This document shows positions 18,620 to 27,108 of a stretch of DNA of 64,000 bases, piece after piece. This stretch comes from Acidimicrobiia bacterium (GTDB taxonomy: Bacteria > Actinomycetota > Acidimicrobiia > Spongiisociales > ZC4RG35). The stretch spans positions 2,752,001 through 2,816,000 of the forward strand of contig OZ244034.1 in the NCBI GenBank assembly GCA_965215185.1, read 5' to 3'. The translations under genes were made by a program, and so were the position numbers. Every line of letters starts with the position of its first letter. The first letter of the stretch is position 1. The notes under the pieces were generated by a model that had not been told where the DNA came from, searched no databases, and saw only the letters and a program-made list of their open reading frames with translations.

Positions 18620-19555
18620 ATGGGGGTCATGGCGACCATCGCCTATCCCCCCATCCCGATTTGGGAAGTCGGACCCTTGCGGTTCTCGTTGCACGGCCTT
18701 TTTGCCGCCGTGGGTTTCTTCGTGGGCTTTTGGGCGGTGGCCCGTATGTTGGAGAAGAGGGGTTTTGACCCGGCTGGCTTCCACTCTTTGGCGGTTTGGG
18801 TATTGCTGGGCGGCCTCTTGGGTGCCCGACTTCTAACTGCTCCTGCCGCTTTGCTGGATGGCGCTGGCTGGGCGGCCCTCAACCCAGTAGTCGGCAACTA
18901 TTCGATAATGGGTGGATTCCTGGGCGGAATTGTGGTGGGAGTGTGGCGGATGCGGCGATTGGAATTGCCGACCCTTCCCATTTTGGATCTGGCTTCATTC
19001 GGATTGGCATGGGGAACGGTGGTGGGAAGGATCGGTGACTTGGCCATAGTCGAGCACCTGGGTCGGGCCACCGAGGTGGCGTGGGGATACGAGGTGCGGC
19101 CCGGCTACGACTTGGCCCCCCAGCACAACGGGTTGGAATGCACCCTCCTTGAGGCCGGACCGGATGGGATCTGCGGGGTTTACCACCATGTAGCCCTATA
19201 CGGCATGCTGGCCGCCGGGGCGTTGCTGGTTGTGTTATGGCTGATCCAACGGCGGGCGCCACTGCGATATGGACAACTCTTTTCGATCTGGGTGGTGTGG
19301 TATGGCCTGCAGAGGTTTGCGTTGGACTCTCTTCGGTTCGGGATGGGAGACGCCACCCTGGGGGGATTCACGTGGAATCAGGTGAGCGCCCTGGGTGGAT
19401 CGGTGTTGGGGGTGACGCTCCTGTGGTGGTTTGGAAGACACCGGCCAATGGTTTCATCCGAAGCTGATGAGAGCTTAGGAGCAACTTGGGCGATGGCCTC
19501 CGGCGAGGATGCATCAGCAGGCGGCCATTTGCAAGAGCCGCCCACTGGACAGTAA
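18620..19555 (+). CDS. lgt: prolipoprotein diacylglyceryl transferase (divergent)
   Basis: GPLRFSLHG, LLGARL, GRIGDLAIVEHLG, HHVALY, RFALDSLR, TWNQ. Confidence 0.8.
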   Translation: MGVMATIAYPPIPIWEVGPLRFSLHGLFAAVGFFVGFWAVARMLEKRGFDPAGFHSLAVWVLLGGLLGARLLTAPAALLDGAGWAALNPVVGNYSIMGGFLGGIVVGVWRMRRLELPTLPILDLASFGLAWGTVVGRIGDLAIVEHLGRATEVAWGYEVRPGYDLAPQHNGLECTLLEAGPDGICGVYHHVALYGMLAAGALLVVLWLIQRRAPLRYGQLFSIWVVWYGLQRFALDSLRFGMGDATLGGFTWNQVSALGGSVLGVTLLWWFGRHRPMVSSEADESLGATWAMASGEDASAGGHLQEPPTGQ

Positions 19556-19565
19556 TATTGCTCCG

Positions 19566-19628
19566 ATGTTGGTAGAAGAGTTCGATCGCTATTTCGTCTT
19601 TACCGGGCCCCGGCTCCGGGAGGCATAG
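19566..19628 (+). CDS. putative attenuator leader peptide MLVEEFDRYFVFTGPRLREA
   Basis: 20-aa uORF with clustered Phe x3 and Tyr codons directly upstream of an aromatic-biosynthesis gene and a terminator. Confidence 0.75.
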   Translation: MLVEEFDRYFVFTGPRLREA

Positions 19629-19656
19629 CGCGGACCAACAACCGACGACTGACCTG

Positions 19657-19685
19657 ACCCGGAGCCCGGCTCCGGGTTTTCTTTT
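19657..19685 (+). terminator. intrinsic (attenuator) terminator
   Basis: ACCCGGAGC-CCG-GCTCCGGGT stem followed by TTTCTTTT; a competing GGCTCCGGG copy lies at 19612-19620. Confidence 0.85.
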
Positions 19686-19722
19686 GCCCGCAGCCGCCGG
19701 TTCCCAACAACACTAAAGAGGT

Positions 19723-20790
19723 GTGGAAGTGGAGAGACAAGCAACCAAGAAAAGCAGGTCACAGCGCACTGTGGTGCGGGTGGGGGACACCAGATTCGGA
19801 CGGGACCCGTTTCCGGTCATCGCCGGTCCCTGCGCGGTGGAGAGCGAAGAGCAGATCAACACCGTGGCAGAGGCAGTGGCCGAGAATGGAGGTTCCATTC
19901 TGCGAGCCGCGGCCTACCGCTCGGGTAACTCTCCCTATAACTTCAAGGGCTTAAAGCTGGAGGGAGCAAAACTGCTGGCGGCTGCTGGAAAACGGGTGGA
20001 TTTGCCGGTGGCAATGCCCATCATGGAGGAGCGCGACCTGGAAGAGTCAGGCGATTTGGTGGATATTCTGGAGATCCACCATGGGTCTATGCAGAATTTC
20101 GAGTTGTTGCGCGTCGCTGGTCGTTCCCAAAAGCCTGTGATGCTTAGACGCGGCCCATCGGCGACCATTGACGAGTTTCTGTGGTCGGTGGAATACCTGA
20201 TGGCTGAGGGAAACGATCAGATCATCCTGGTCGAGCGGGGCATCCGTACCTTTGGAACCGGCCATCGCGACACCTTGGACATCACCGCGGTCCCCCATCT
20301 GAAAGAGGTGTCACATCTCCCGGTGCTGATTGATCCCAGTCACGCCTCTGGTGGGGCGGCGCGGGTGCCGCCTTTGGCCCTGGCTGCCCAAGGGGTGGGC
20401 TCGGATGGGCTGATCGTGGAGGTCCACCCTCAGCCGGAAGCCGCCAAAACCGAAGGACCCCGCCAATTGTCTCTCACCGAGTTCGCCGAATTGATGGTAC
20501 AATTGGGCATTAGTCGGCTTCGTTCCGGCATCGATCTGGTGGATCGGGAAATCGTCAGGCTTTTGGCCCGCAGGCGACAGCTATCCCAGGAGATCGGCCG
20601 CGCCAAGGCCGACCGTGGCTGGCCTGTGAAGAGTCACCACCGGGAGGTGGAATTGTTGGAGGCGGTGCGGGAAGAGGCCATTGTTAACCAACTCGACCCG
20701 GATCTGATAGAGAGATTGTTCAACCTGGTGCTGGAGGGTTCCCGCCGGGCTCAAAGAGATATGCGCATTGATCCGGAGGAAGGAAGGTAA
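19723..20790 (+). CDS. type I-beta DAHP synthase-like domain fused to C-terminal AroQ chorismate mutase
   Basis: IAGPCAVES, MQNFELL, ERGIRTF, DPSH, EVHP; C-terminal LRSGIDLVDREIVRLLARR...K...RE...SRRAQ. Confidence 0.85.
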   Translation: MEVERQATKKSRSQRTVVRVGDTRFGRDPFPVIAGPCAVESEEQINTVAEAVAENGGSILRAAAYRSGNSPYNFKGLKLEGAKLLAAAGKRVDLPVAMPIMEERDLEESGDLVDILEIHHGSMQNFELLRVAGRSQKPVMLRRGPSATIDEFLWSVEYLMAEGNDQIILVERGIRTFGTGHRDTLDITAVPHLKEVSHLPVLIDPSHASGGAARVPPLALAAQGVGSDGLIVEVHPQPEAAKTEGPRQLSLTEFAELMVQLGISRLRSGIDLVDREIVRLLARRRQLSQEIGRAKADRGWPVKSHHREVELLEAVREEAIVNQLDPDLIERLFNLVLEGSRRAQRDMRIDPEEGR

Positions 20791-20860
20791 GGCTCTTTTA
20801 CTGACCGCCCCGCTCGGCTAGCATCTTTGCGAAGTAGGCTTCGGATGCCGCCGAAGACCG

Positions 20861-20933
20861 GGCCCCGTCGTCCAGCGGCCTAGGACGTCGGCCTTTCAAG
20901 CCGGTAACGCGGGTTCGAATCCCGTCGGGGCTA
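20861..20933 (+). tRNA. tRNA-Glu (TTC), CCA not encoded
   Basis: cloverleaf: acceptor GGCCCCG/CGGGGCT, D arm GTCC/GGAC, anticodon loop CT-TTC-AA, T loop GGTTCGAATCC. Confidence 0.95.
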
Positions 20934-20945
20934 CTCTCTACGCAG

Positions 20946-21494
20946 TTGAGATACATGTCGGTACAGCTATACAACCGCTTTTTGTCGTTGCTGGTCCTTA
21001 TGGCCCTGGCGGCTGTGGTGGCCTTGGCGTTTCGTCCGGTGAGGCGTGCCGCAGTTGGTATGGGTCTGGGCGGGTCTTGGAAGTGGCCAGCGTTTGCGGT
21101 GGCTGCCCTGGCCACGGCGGGCAGCCTTATCTTCTCGGAAGTGATCGGCTATGAACCCTGTGAATTGTGTTGGTACCAGCGTATCGCCATGTATCCCATG
21201 GTGGTGATCTTCGGCGTGGATGTGCTGGGTGGGCAGTCCCGAACCCGCCGGTACGCTCTGCCGCTGGCAGTGGTGGGGTTTGGCATCAGCGTTTATCACT
21301 ATCTGGTCCAGGCTTTTCCCGCCGCCGGCGGAGGGGTGTGCGGCGCCGGGGTCTCATGCTCGGCCCGCTATGTGGAGGAATTCGGTTTTGTCTCCGTTCC
21401 CTTTATGGCCGGGGCGGCATTTGCCCTGATCATCGCTATCCTCCTGGCTTTCGGGCGACCGGTGATGACAGGAGTGCAGGCTGATGACGGCTAG
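20946..21494 (+). CDS. disulfide bond formation protein, DsbB/BdbC family
   Basis: GSLIFSE, PCELCWYQRIAMYP, second Cys pair VCGAGVSC. Confidence 0.9.
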   Translation: MRYMSVQLYNRFLSLLVLMALAAVVALAFRPVRRAAVGMGLGGSWKWPAFAVAALATAGSLIFSEVIGYEPCELCWYQRIAMYPMVVIFGVDVLGGQSRTRRYALPLAVVGFGISVYHYLVQAFPAAGGGVCGAGVSCSARYVEEFGFVSVPFMAGAAFALIIAILLAFGRPVMTGVQADDG

Positions 21495-22155
21495 GAGCCA
21501 AAAGGCCAAGAGTCAAAGAAAGTGGGTTGTCATTGGGGGCGTGGCGGGGGCGGTGCTCATCGCCGGACTGGTAGCGGTGACCACCGTGAACAGCACCGCA
21601 CCGGACCCGGTACAGGTCACCGTGACCGGGGAACCTATCCCGATTCTTTCCAGCAATGTTCCGTTGGGCCAGGACATTGCCTTTGGCTGGGATTCTCCCA
21701 CTCTCAGTGGGTCGGACTGGAATGGCAATCCTGTGACCATCGATCCGAGCGACGGGCGTGCCAAATTGATCGTGTTCCTGGCGCATTGGTGTTCCCACTG
21801 TCAGGCAGAGGTACCCGAGGTACAGGCGTGGCTCAACCAGACCGGCGGGAACCCCGCCGTGGATATCTACGGAGTAGCCACTTCCATAGACCGCTCCCGT
21901 CCCAACTGGCCGCCCGGGGACTGGCTGGAAAGGGAGGGATGGACGTCGCCCACCGTGGTTGACAAGAACAACAAAGCAGCGACGACTTTTGGTTTGTCGG
22001 CCTTTCCCTATTGGGTGGTGGTGAACCCCGAAGGCAAGGTGGTGTACCGAATAGCAGCGGGTATCGGCATGGAGGGGATGCTTAACCTGCAGCAGTTGGC
22101 CACCCAGAGCATGGAAGATTTGGAAGCTTTCATCTCTCAGAGCCAGCAGAGCTGA
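21484..22155 (+). CDS. membrane-anchored thioredoxin-like thiol-disulfide oxidoreductase (TlpA/DsbE-like)
   Basis: N-terminal TM; AHWCSHCQAE; cis-Pro loop AFPYW; overlaps the dsbB-like stop. Confidence 0.85.
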   Translation: MTARSQKAKSQRKWVVIGGVAGAVLIAGLVAVTTVNSTAPDPVQVTVTGEPIPILSSNVPLGQDIAFGWDSPTLSGSDWNGNPVTIDPSDGRAKLIVFLAHWCSHCQAEVPEVQAWLNQTGGNPAVDIYGVATSIDRSRPNWPPGDWLEREGWTSPTVVDKNNKAATTFGLSAFPYWVVVNPEGKVVYRIAAGIGMEGMLNLQQLATQSMEDLEAFISQSQQS

Positions 22156-22183
22156 TTCCGAGTTCTCGATCCGGCCGCGCTCC

Positions 22184-22630
22184 TTAGCGTTGGTCGTCGA
22201 GGCTCTTGATCTTGGCCAGCCGCCGAAGGTATGAGTTCTTCCGAATCAGGTGGGCGTCCAGATAGGTCTTGACCAGTTCTTCGGCCAAGGCGGGGCCGAT
22301 CACCCTGCTGCCCAGGCACAGCAGGTTCATGTCGTCATGTTCAACCCCTTGTCGGGCCGAATAGGTGTCGTGGGCGATCGAAGCCCGTATTCCTTTCACC
22401 TTGTTTGCTGTCATGGACGCGCCCACCCCCGAGCCGCAGATCATGATCCCCCGATCGGCCCTTCCGTCCACCACCGCGTGTGCCACCGCCACCGTGTAGT
22501 CGGGGTAGTCAACCGACTCGGTGTTATGGGTTCCCAGATCGAAGACGGTGTGCCCCTGGCTGGTTAGGAAGCCAGTGAGTTGTTGCTTCAGGGGAAAACC
22601 TGCATGATCTGCGCCGATGGCCACTCTCAT
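22184..22630 (-). CDS. rpiB: ribose-5-phosphate isomerase B
   Basis: GADHAG, DYPD, ICGSGVG, ANKVKGIRA, HDDMNLLCLGSR. Confidence 0.95.
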   Translation of the reverse strand: MRVAIGADHAGFPLKQQLTGFLTSQGHTVFDLGTHNTESVDYPDYTVAVAHAVVDGRADRGIMICGSGVGASMTANKVKGIRASIAHDTYSARQGVEHDDMNLLCLGSRVIGPALAEELVKTYLDAHLIRKNSYLRRLAKIKSLDDQR

Positions 22631-22751
22631 TTATCTCTCCTGTCGAGGACCCTGAAGCGAAAGGCTAACGGCCGAAAGAGCTATTTCATCGGAATGCTGC
22701 GGTGTCTGAAGGTTATTCCGTTTCCAGGGCACGGTTCGTACAATCAGGAAG

Positions 22752-24041
22752 GTGGGAAGCGAGATAGTAATAGAGGGCGGAGTTGCCCTGCGGGGAACGG
22801 TGGGGATGGTGGGGGCCAAGAACTCAGTATTGCAGCAGATGATCAGCACGCTGCTTTGTTCGGGGTGGCACCGGCTCTCCAATGTCCCCGATATCGCCGA
22901 TGTGCGGGCCCTGATGATGGTCCTGGAGCACTTGGGTGTGAAGTGCGATCTGACCGGAAAAGAACTGGCCATGGTGGTTCCCGAGCGGATAAGTGTGGAA
23001 GCACCCTTGGAGTTGGTCCGTACCATGCGGGCTTCCATCTTGCTGCTCGGTCCCCTGTTGACCCGATTTGGTGAGGCGCAAATCCCTCTGCCGGGAGGGG
23101 ACGACTTGGGCGCCCGACCGGTCGATATCCATCTGAATGGTCTGCGGAAAATGGGCGCTGAGTTGGAGTTGGTACACGGGGTACTGGTAGGAAAGGCGCC
23201 GCGGGGTCTTACCGGAACCGAGTTGAAGTTGCCTTTCCCGAGTGTCGGCGCCACTCAGAACCTATTGATGGCGGCGGTGATGGCGAAAGGGGAGTCGGCC
23301 ATTTTGAATGCGGCCCGTGAACCGGAGATCATCGACTTGGGCCGCCAGTTGGAAAAAATGGGCGCTCGACTTAGGGGAGTGGGAAGTCCGATAATCCGGA
23401 TCGAGGGCACGAGGGGATTGCGCCCGGCGGCCCATCGGGTACTGTCCGATCGGATTGCAGCCGGTACCTACGCCATGGCGGCGGCTATCACCGGCGGTGA
23501 GGTGACCATCACCGGATGCGAGCCCGCCCATCTTCGCATGGAACTCGCCAAGCTGGAAGCAGCCGGCTGCGAGGTCGAAAAAGGTGAGGGTTGGCTGAGG
23601 CTGGGCGGACCGGATCGTCCCCGGGCAGTGGATTTCGCCACCCTTCCCTATCCGGGTTTTCACACCGATCTTCACCCCCAGATGGTGGCTGTTCTGTCGG
23701 TTGCCGAGGGCACCTCGGTGATCACCGAGAACCTATACGACGGAAGGTTTCGGTATGTGGGGGAGTTGGCTCGTATGGGCGCAGACATCTATACCGAGTG
23801 GGGGCACGCGGTGGTGCGAGGGGTGCCGCGGCTGTCGGGCTGTCCGGTGATGGCCACCGACATCCGGGCCGGGGCGGCGCTGGTCATCGCGGGACTGGCA
23901 GCCGACGGGGTAACTTCCATAAGTGGCGTAGGGCACATTGATCGGGGGTATGCCGATATGGTGGGCGTTATGTCGGGTTTGGGGGCCCGGATCGAGAGAA
24001 GAGACTCCGACGGTGGCGGCCAGCGGGTATTTGCATGGTGA
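22752..24041 (+). CDS. murA: UDP-N-acetylglucosamine 1-carboxyvinyltransferase
   Basis: GAKNS, MRASILLLGPLL, LPGGDDLGARPVD, SVGATQN, NAAREPEI, PYPGFHTD, DIRAGAAL, HIDRGY. Confidence 0.95.
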   Translation: MGSEIVIEGGVALRGTVGMVGAKNSVLQQMISTLLCSGWHRLSNVPDIADVRALMMVLEHLGVKCDLTGKELAMVVPERISVEAPLELVRTMRASILLLGPLLTRFGEAQIPLPGGDDLGARPVDIHLNGLRKMGAELELVHGVLVGKAPRGLTGTELKLPFPSVGATQNLLMAAVMAKGESAILNAAREPEIIDLGRQLEKMGARLRGVGSPIIRIEGTRGLRPAAHRVLSDRIAAGTYAMAAAITGGEVTITGCEPAHLRMELAKLEAAGCEVEKGEGWLRLGGPDRPRAVDFATLPYPGFHTDLHPQMVAVLSVAEGTSVITENLYDGRFRYVGELARMGADIYTEWGHAVVRGVPRLSGCPVMATDIRAGAALVIAGLAADGVTSISGVGHIDRGYADMVGVMSGLGARIERRDSDGGGQRVFAW

Positions 24042-24092
24042 CTTGCGGAATGATCCGCCTACGATTCGGGTTACCTTAATGAAGAGGCACAG

Positions 24093-24383
24093 ATGACCGA
24101 GACACTTTTAGAACTCCCCAAACGCTCCACCAATCCGGGAAAGGGGTCACTCCCCGAGGTGGATTTGAATGTGCTTCAAGCAGCACTTGACTACATTCGC
24201 CCGGCGGTGCAGATGGACGGTGGCGATCTGATCTTGCTGGGAGTTGAAGAGGGAGCGGTGAGAATCCAGATGGTGGGGGCATGCGGGGGATGCCCGTTGT
24301 CGATGATGACCCTCAAGGCGGGGATTGAGCGGATCCTCAAGGCCAAGGTGCCGGGAGTGGTCTCGGTCGAAGCTGAGGGATAG
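24093..24383 (+). CDS. NifU C-terminal/NfuA-like Fe-S carrier
   Basis: IRPAVQMDGGD...GACGGCPLSMMTLKAGIE. Confidence 0.9.
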   Translation: MTETLLELPKRSTNPGKGSLPEVDLNVLQAALDYIRPAVQMDGGDLILLGVEEGAVRIQMVGACGGCPLSMMTLKAGIERILKAKVPGVVSVEAEG

Positions 24384-24400
24384 GCGGCGATCGGGTTTTA

Positions 24401-25180
24401 GTGGGCAGTCATCGCCCGGAACTTGCCCGTCTGCTGGACGATCTTCGCGGCGGAGACCGTCGCGCCTTGGCCAGGTCAATAACCCTGGTGGAAAACAACC
24501 TCCCAGCCGACCCCCGGTTAGGCGAAATGTGGGCGTCGGACCTAACCGGCGGCCGGACTGCGCGGCTGGTGGGAGTTACCGGCCCTCCGGGCGCGGGGAA
24601 GAGCACCTTGGTTTCAGCCCTGGTTGACTGCATTCGTGACGCCGGCTTGACGGTGGGGGTGGTGGCTGTCGATCCGGCCAGCCCGCTCACCGGAGGCGCC
24701 ATGTTGGGGGATCGCATCCGCATGCAGACGCACTTCACCGATCCTGGCGTATTCATCCGGTCCATGTCCACCCGCGGTCATCTGGGAGGAGTGGCCAAAG
24801 CCACCCAAGCGGTCACCGATTTGCTGTGCCTGGCCGGATTCGATGTGGTGCTGGTGGAGACGGTGGGAGTGGGACAGTCGGAAGTGGAGGTAATGAGAGT
24901 CACTCCAACTGTGGTGGTGGTGGTCAATCCCGGCATGGGGGACTCAGTGCAGGCCGACAAGGCCGGTTTGTTCGAGATCGGAGGAGTGTTTTGCGTCAAC
25001 AAGGCCGATCAGGAGGGAGCCGACCGGGCGGTACGGGTGCTCCGCCAGATGATCTCGCTCGGTTACCGGCCTGGTCCCGCTCCCCAAGTGCTCACCACTG
25101 TCGCCACCGAAGGTAAGGGGATCCCTCAACTATGGGAAGCCATCCTCAACCACGGCGACAGCGTCCTGGCCAGGGAGTGA
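24401..25180 (+). CDS. meaB: methylmalonyl-CoA mutase-associated GTPase
   Basis: GPPGAGKST, AVDPASP..GGAMLGDRIRM, ETVGVGQSE, NKAD. Confidence 0.9.
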   Translation: MGSHRPELARLLDDLRGGDRRALARSITLVENNLPADPRLGEMWASDLTGGRTARLVGVTGPPGAGKSTLVSALVDCIRDAGLTVGVVAVDPASPLTGGAMLGDRIRMQTHFTDPGVFIRSMSTRGHLGGVAKATQAVTDLLCLAGFDVVLVETVGVGQSEVEVMRVTPTVVVVVNPGMGDSVQADKAGLFEIGGVFCVNKADQEGADRAVRVLRQMISLGYRPGPAPQVLTTVATEGKGIPQLWEAILNHGDSVLARE

Positions 25181-25242
25181 CACCCAAGACGCTAGCTCAG
25201 CGGACTCGGTGAGCCAGTGGCGTGTCCGGCCGTGCCCCAGGC

Positions 25243-26127
25243 TCATCGCCACACTGCGATGGTGACAGCCAGGATCAGCGCCACTCCCATCTGCAGCCGA
25301 GAGGTGGATTTGAGAACCTTGATCAAGTCGGGTCCCTCGGCGCCGCTCAGCACTAGGCGTACCGGGCCTGCGGCGAATGGCGCCAAACCCAATGTAGCCA
25401 GAGTGGCGGGTGGCGTGATCCCCGCCACCGCGGAGACCACCACCACTACCAGTGACACCCCCATCAGGATGACGTAAAACAGTCTGGAACGGGCCGCGCC
25501 CATTATCACGGCCAAGGTCCGTTTCCCGACCGCTCCATCCGTTTGTATGTCTCTTAGGTTGTTGGCCACCAGGATCGCGGAAGCCAGGGTCCCCATCGGG
25601 ATGGCCAACGCCCAGGCGCTGACGGGAGCGGTCATGTCGTGGACGAATCGAGTTCCTACCGTGGCGACCAGCCCGAAGAAAATGAAAACGAATAGCTCGC
25701 CGATGCCCCGATATCCGTATGGCCAGGGTCCCCCCACGTAGGTGAGCATGGCTACCACCGATAGGACGCCCACCCAGACCAAGACCCACCCGGCGATGAA
25801 GACCAGATACAACCCTGCCGCCAGCGCCACCGATACCGCCACCCAGGCCGCCGTCCACATCTGACGAGGGGAAATCACCCCTTTGGCCACCATCCGGGGC
25901 GGCCCGATCCTATCTGGAGTGTCGGCGGCGCGGGCCGCGTCGGAGACGTCGTTGGCGAAATTGGCCGCCACCTGAATGGCAAGTCCAACGATGAGCGTCA
26001 TCCAGAAGGCATCCCATCGGAACACTCCTTCTCCGATGGCCAGTCCGGTTCCCACCGTGACCGGGGCCACCGAGGCCCACAGTGTGTGTGGCCGGGCGGC
26101 GATCTTCCAGGCCTGGAAACGGGTGAT
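25243..26127 (-). CDS. menA: 1,4-dihydroxy-2-naphthoate polyprenyltransferase (start uncertain)
   Basis: ARPHTL, NFANDVSD, YVGGPWPYGYRGIGE, NNLRDIQTD..GKRTLAV; downstream of menB. Confidence 0.9.
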   Translation of the reverse strand: MTRFQAWKIAARPHTLWASVAPVTVGTGLAIGEGVFRWDAFWMTLIVGLAIQVAANFANDVSDAARAADTPDRIGPPRMVAKGVISPRQMWTAAWVAVSVALAAGLYLVFIAGWVLVWVGVLSVVAMLTYVGGPWPYGYRGIGELFVFIFFGLVATVGTRFVHDMTAPVSAWALAIPMGTLASAILVANNLRDIQTDGAVGKRTLAVIMGAARSRLFYVILMGVSLVVVVVSAVAGITPPATLATLGLAPFAAGPVRLVLSGAEGPDLIKVLKSTSRLQMGVALILAVTIAVWR

Positions 26128-26143
26128 TCTGGGAGAGGAGTTA

Positions 26144-27043
26144 CTAATAGTGCCAGGGAAAATTATCGAACCGGGGACGGCGCTTTTCCAAGAAGGCATC
26201 GCGGCCCTCGGCGGCCTCATCGGTGCCGTAGGCCAATCGGGTGGCTTCCCCGGCGAAGATCTGCTGTCCCACCAGGCCGTCATCCACCAGATTGAAGGCG
26301 AATTTGAGCATCCGCTGGGCGGTGGGACTTTTGGAGGTGATAATCTGCGCCCATTCCAGCGCCACATTTTCCAACTGGTCATGAGGGACCACCTCGTTCA
26401 CCATCCCCATCTGCTTGGCTTCTTCGGCCCGGTAGTCCAAGCCCAGAAAGAAGAGTTCGCGGGCTCGCTTCTGGCCGATCATTCTCGCCAGATAAGCTGA
26501 CCCGTAACCGGCGTCGAAGCTGGCCACATCGGGATCGGTTTGTTTGAAGATGGCGTGCTCTCCACAGGCCAAAGTAAGGTCGCACACCACATGAAGGCTG
26601 TGACCACCGCCCACTGCCCACCCGGGGACTACCGCCATTACCACCTTGGGCATGAACCGGATGATGCGCTGCGCCTCCAGGATGTGAAGTCTCCCCAGAC
26701 GAGCCGGATCAACGGATGGTCCATCGACGCCGTCGGCGTATTTGTATCCGTCCCTGCCCCGGATCCGCTGGTCACCGCCCGAGCAGAACGCCCATCCTCC
26801 GTCGCGGGGAGAGGGTCCGTTCCCGGTGAGAATCACACACCCGATCCGGCTCCACTGCCGGGCATGTTCCAAGGCGGTGATCAACTCGTCGACCGTATGG
26901 GGCCGGAAGGCGTTCCGTACCCGGGGACGATCAAAGGCGATCCGAACCGCCCCCACCCCCACAGCCCGATGGTAAGTAATGTCGGTAAAGGAAAAGTCCG
27001 GTACCATTTCCCAGGCAGAGGGGTCAAAGTGCTCCGAAACCAC
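26144..27043 (-). CDS. menB: 1,4-dihydroxy-2-naphthoyl-CoA synthase
   Basis: RNAFRP, FCSGGDQ, GWAVGGGH, VASFDAGYG. Confidence 0.95.
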   Translation of the reverse strand: MVSEHFDPSAWEMVPDFSFTDITYHRAVGVGAVRIAFDRPRVRNAFRPHTVDELITALEHARQWSRIGCVILTGNGPSPRDGGWAFCSGGDQRIRGRDGYKYADGVDGPSVDPARLGRLHILEAQRIIRFMPKVVMAVVPGWAVGGGHSLHVVCDLTLACGEHAIFKQTDPDVASFDAGYGSAYLARMIGQKRARELFFLGLDYRAEEAKQMGMVNEVVPHDQLENVALEWAQIITSKSPTAQRMLKFAFNLVDDGLVGQQIFAGEATRLAYGTDEAAEGRDAFLEKRRPRFDNFPWHY

Positions 27044-27108
27044 GTCAAGAACGAGATTACTTCGCAAACAGGCCTGCGATAAACTCATAGCAACCCAGGA
27101 GAGCCACC

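Noticed and set aside
20861-20945. tRNA-Glu as an integration site for an island
   Set aside because: No integrase and no repeat of the tRNA 3' end was seen; flanking genes are housekeeping
24401-25180. meaB without an adjacent mutase as a novel system
   Set aside because: meaB is often unlinked from its mutase; nothing else is unusual
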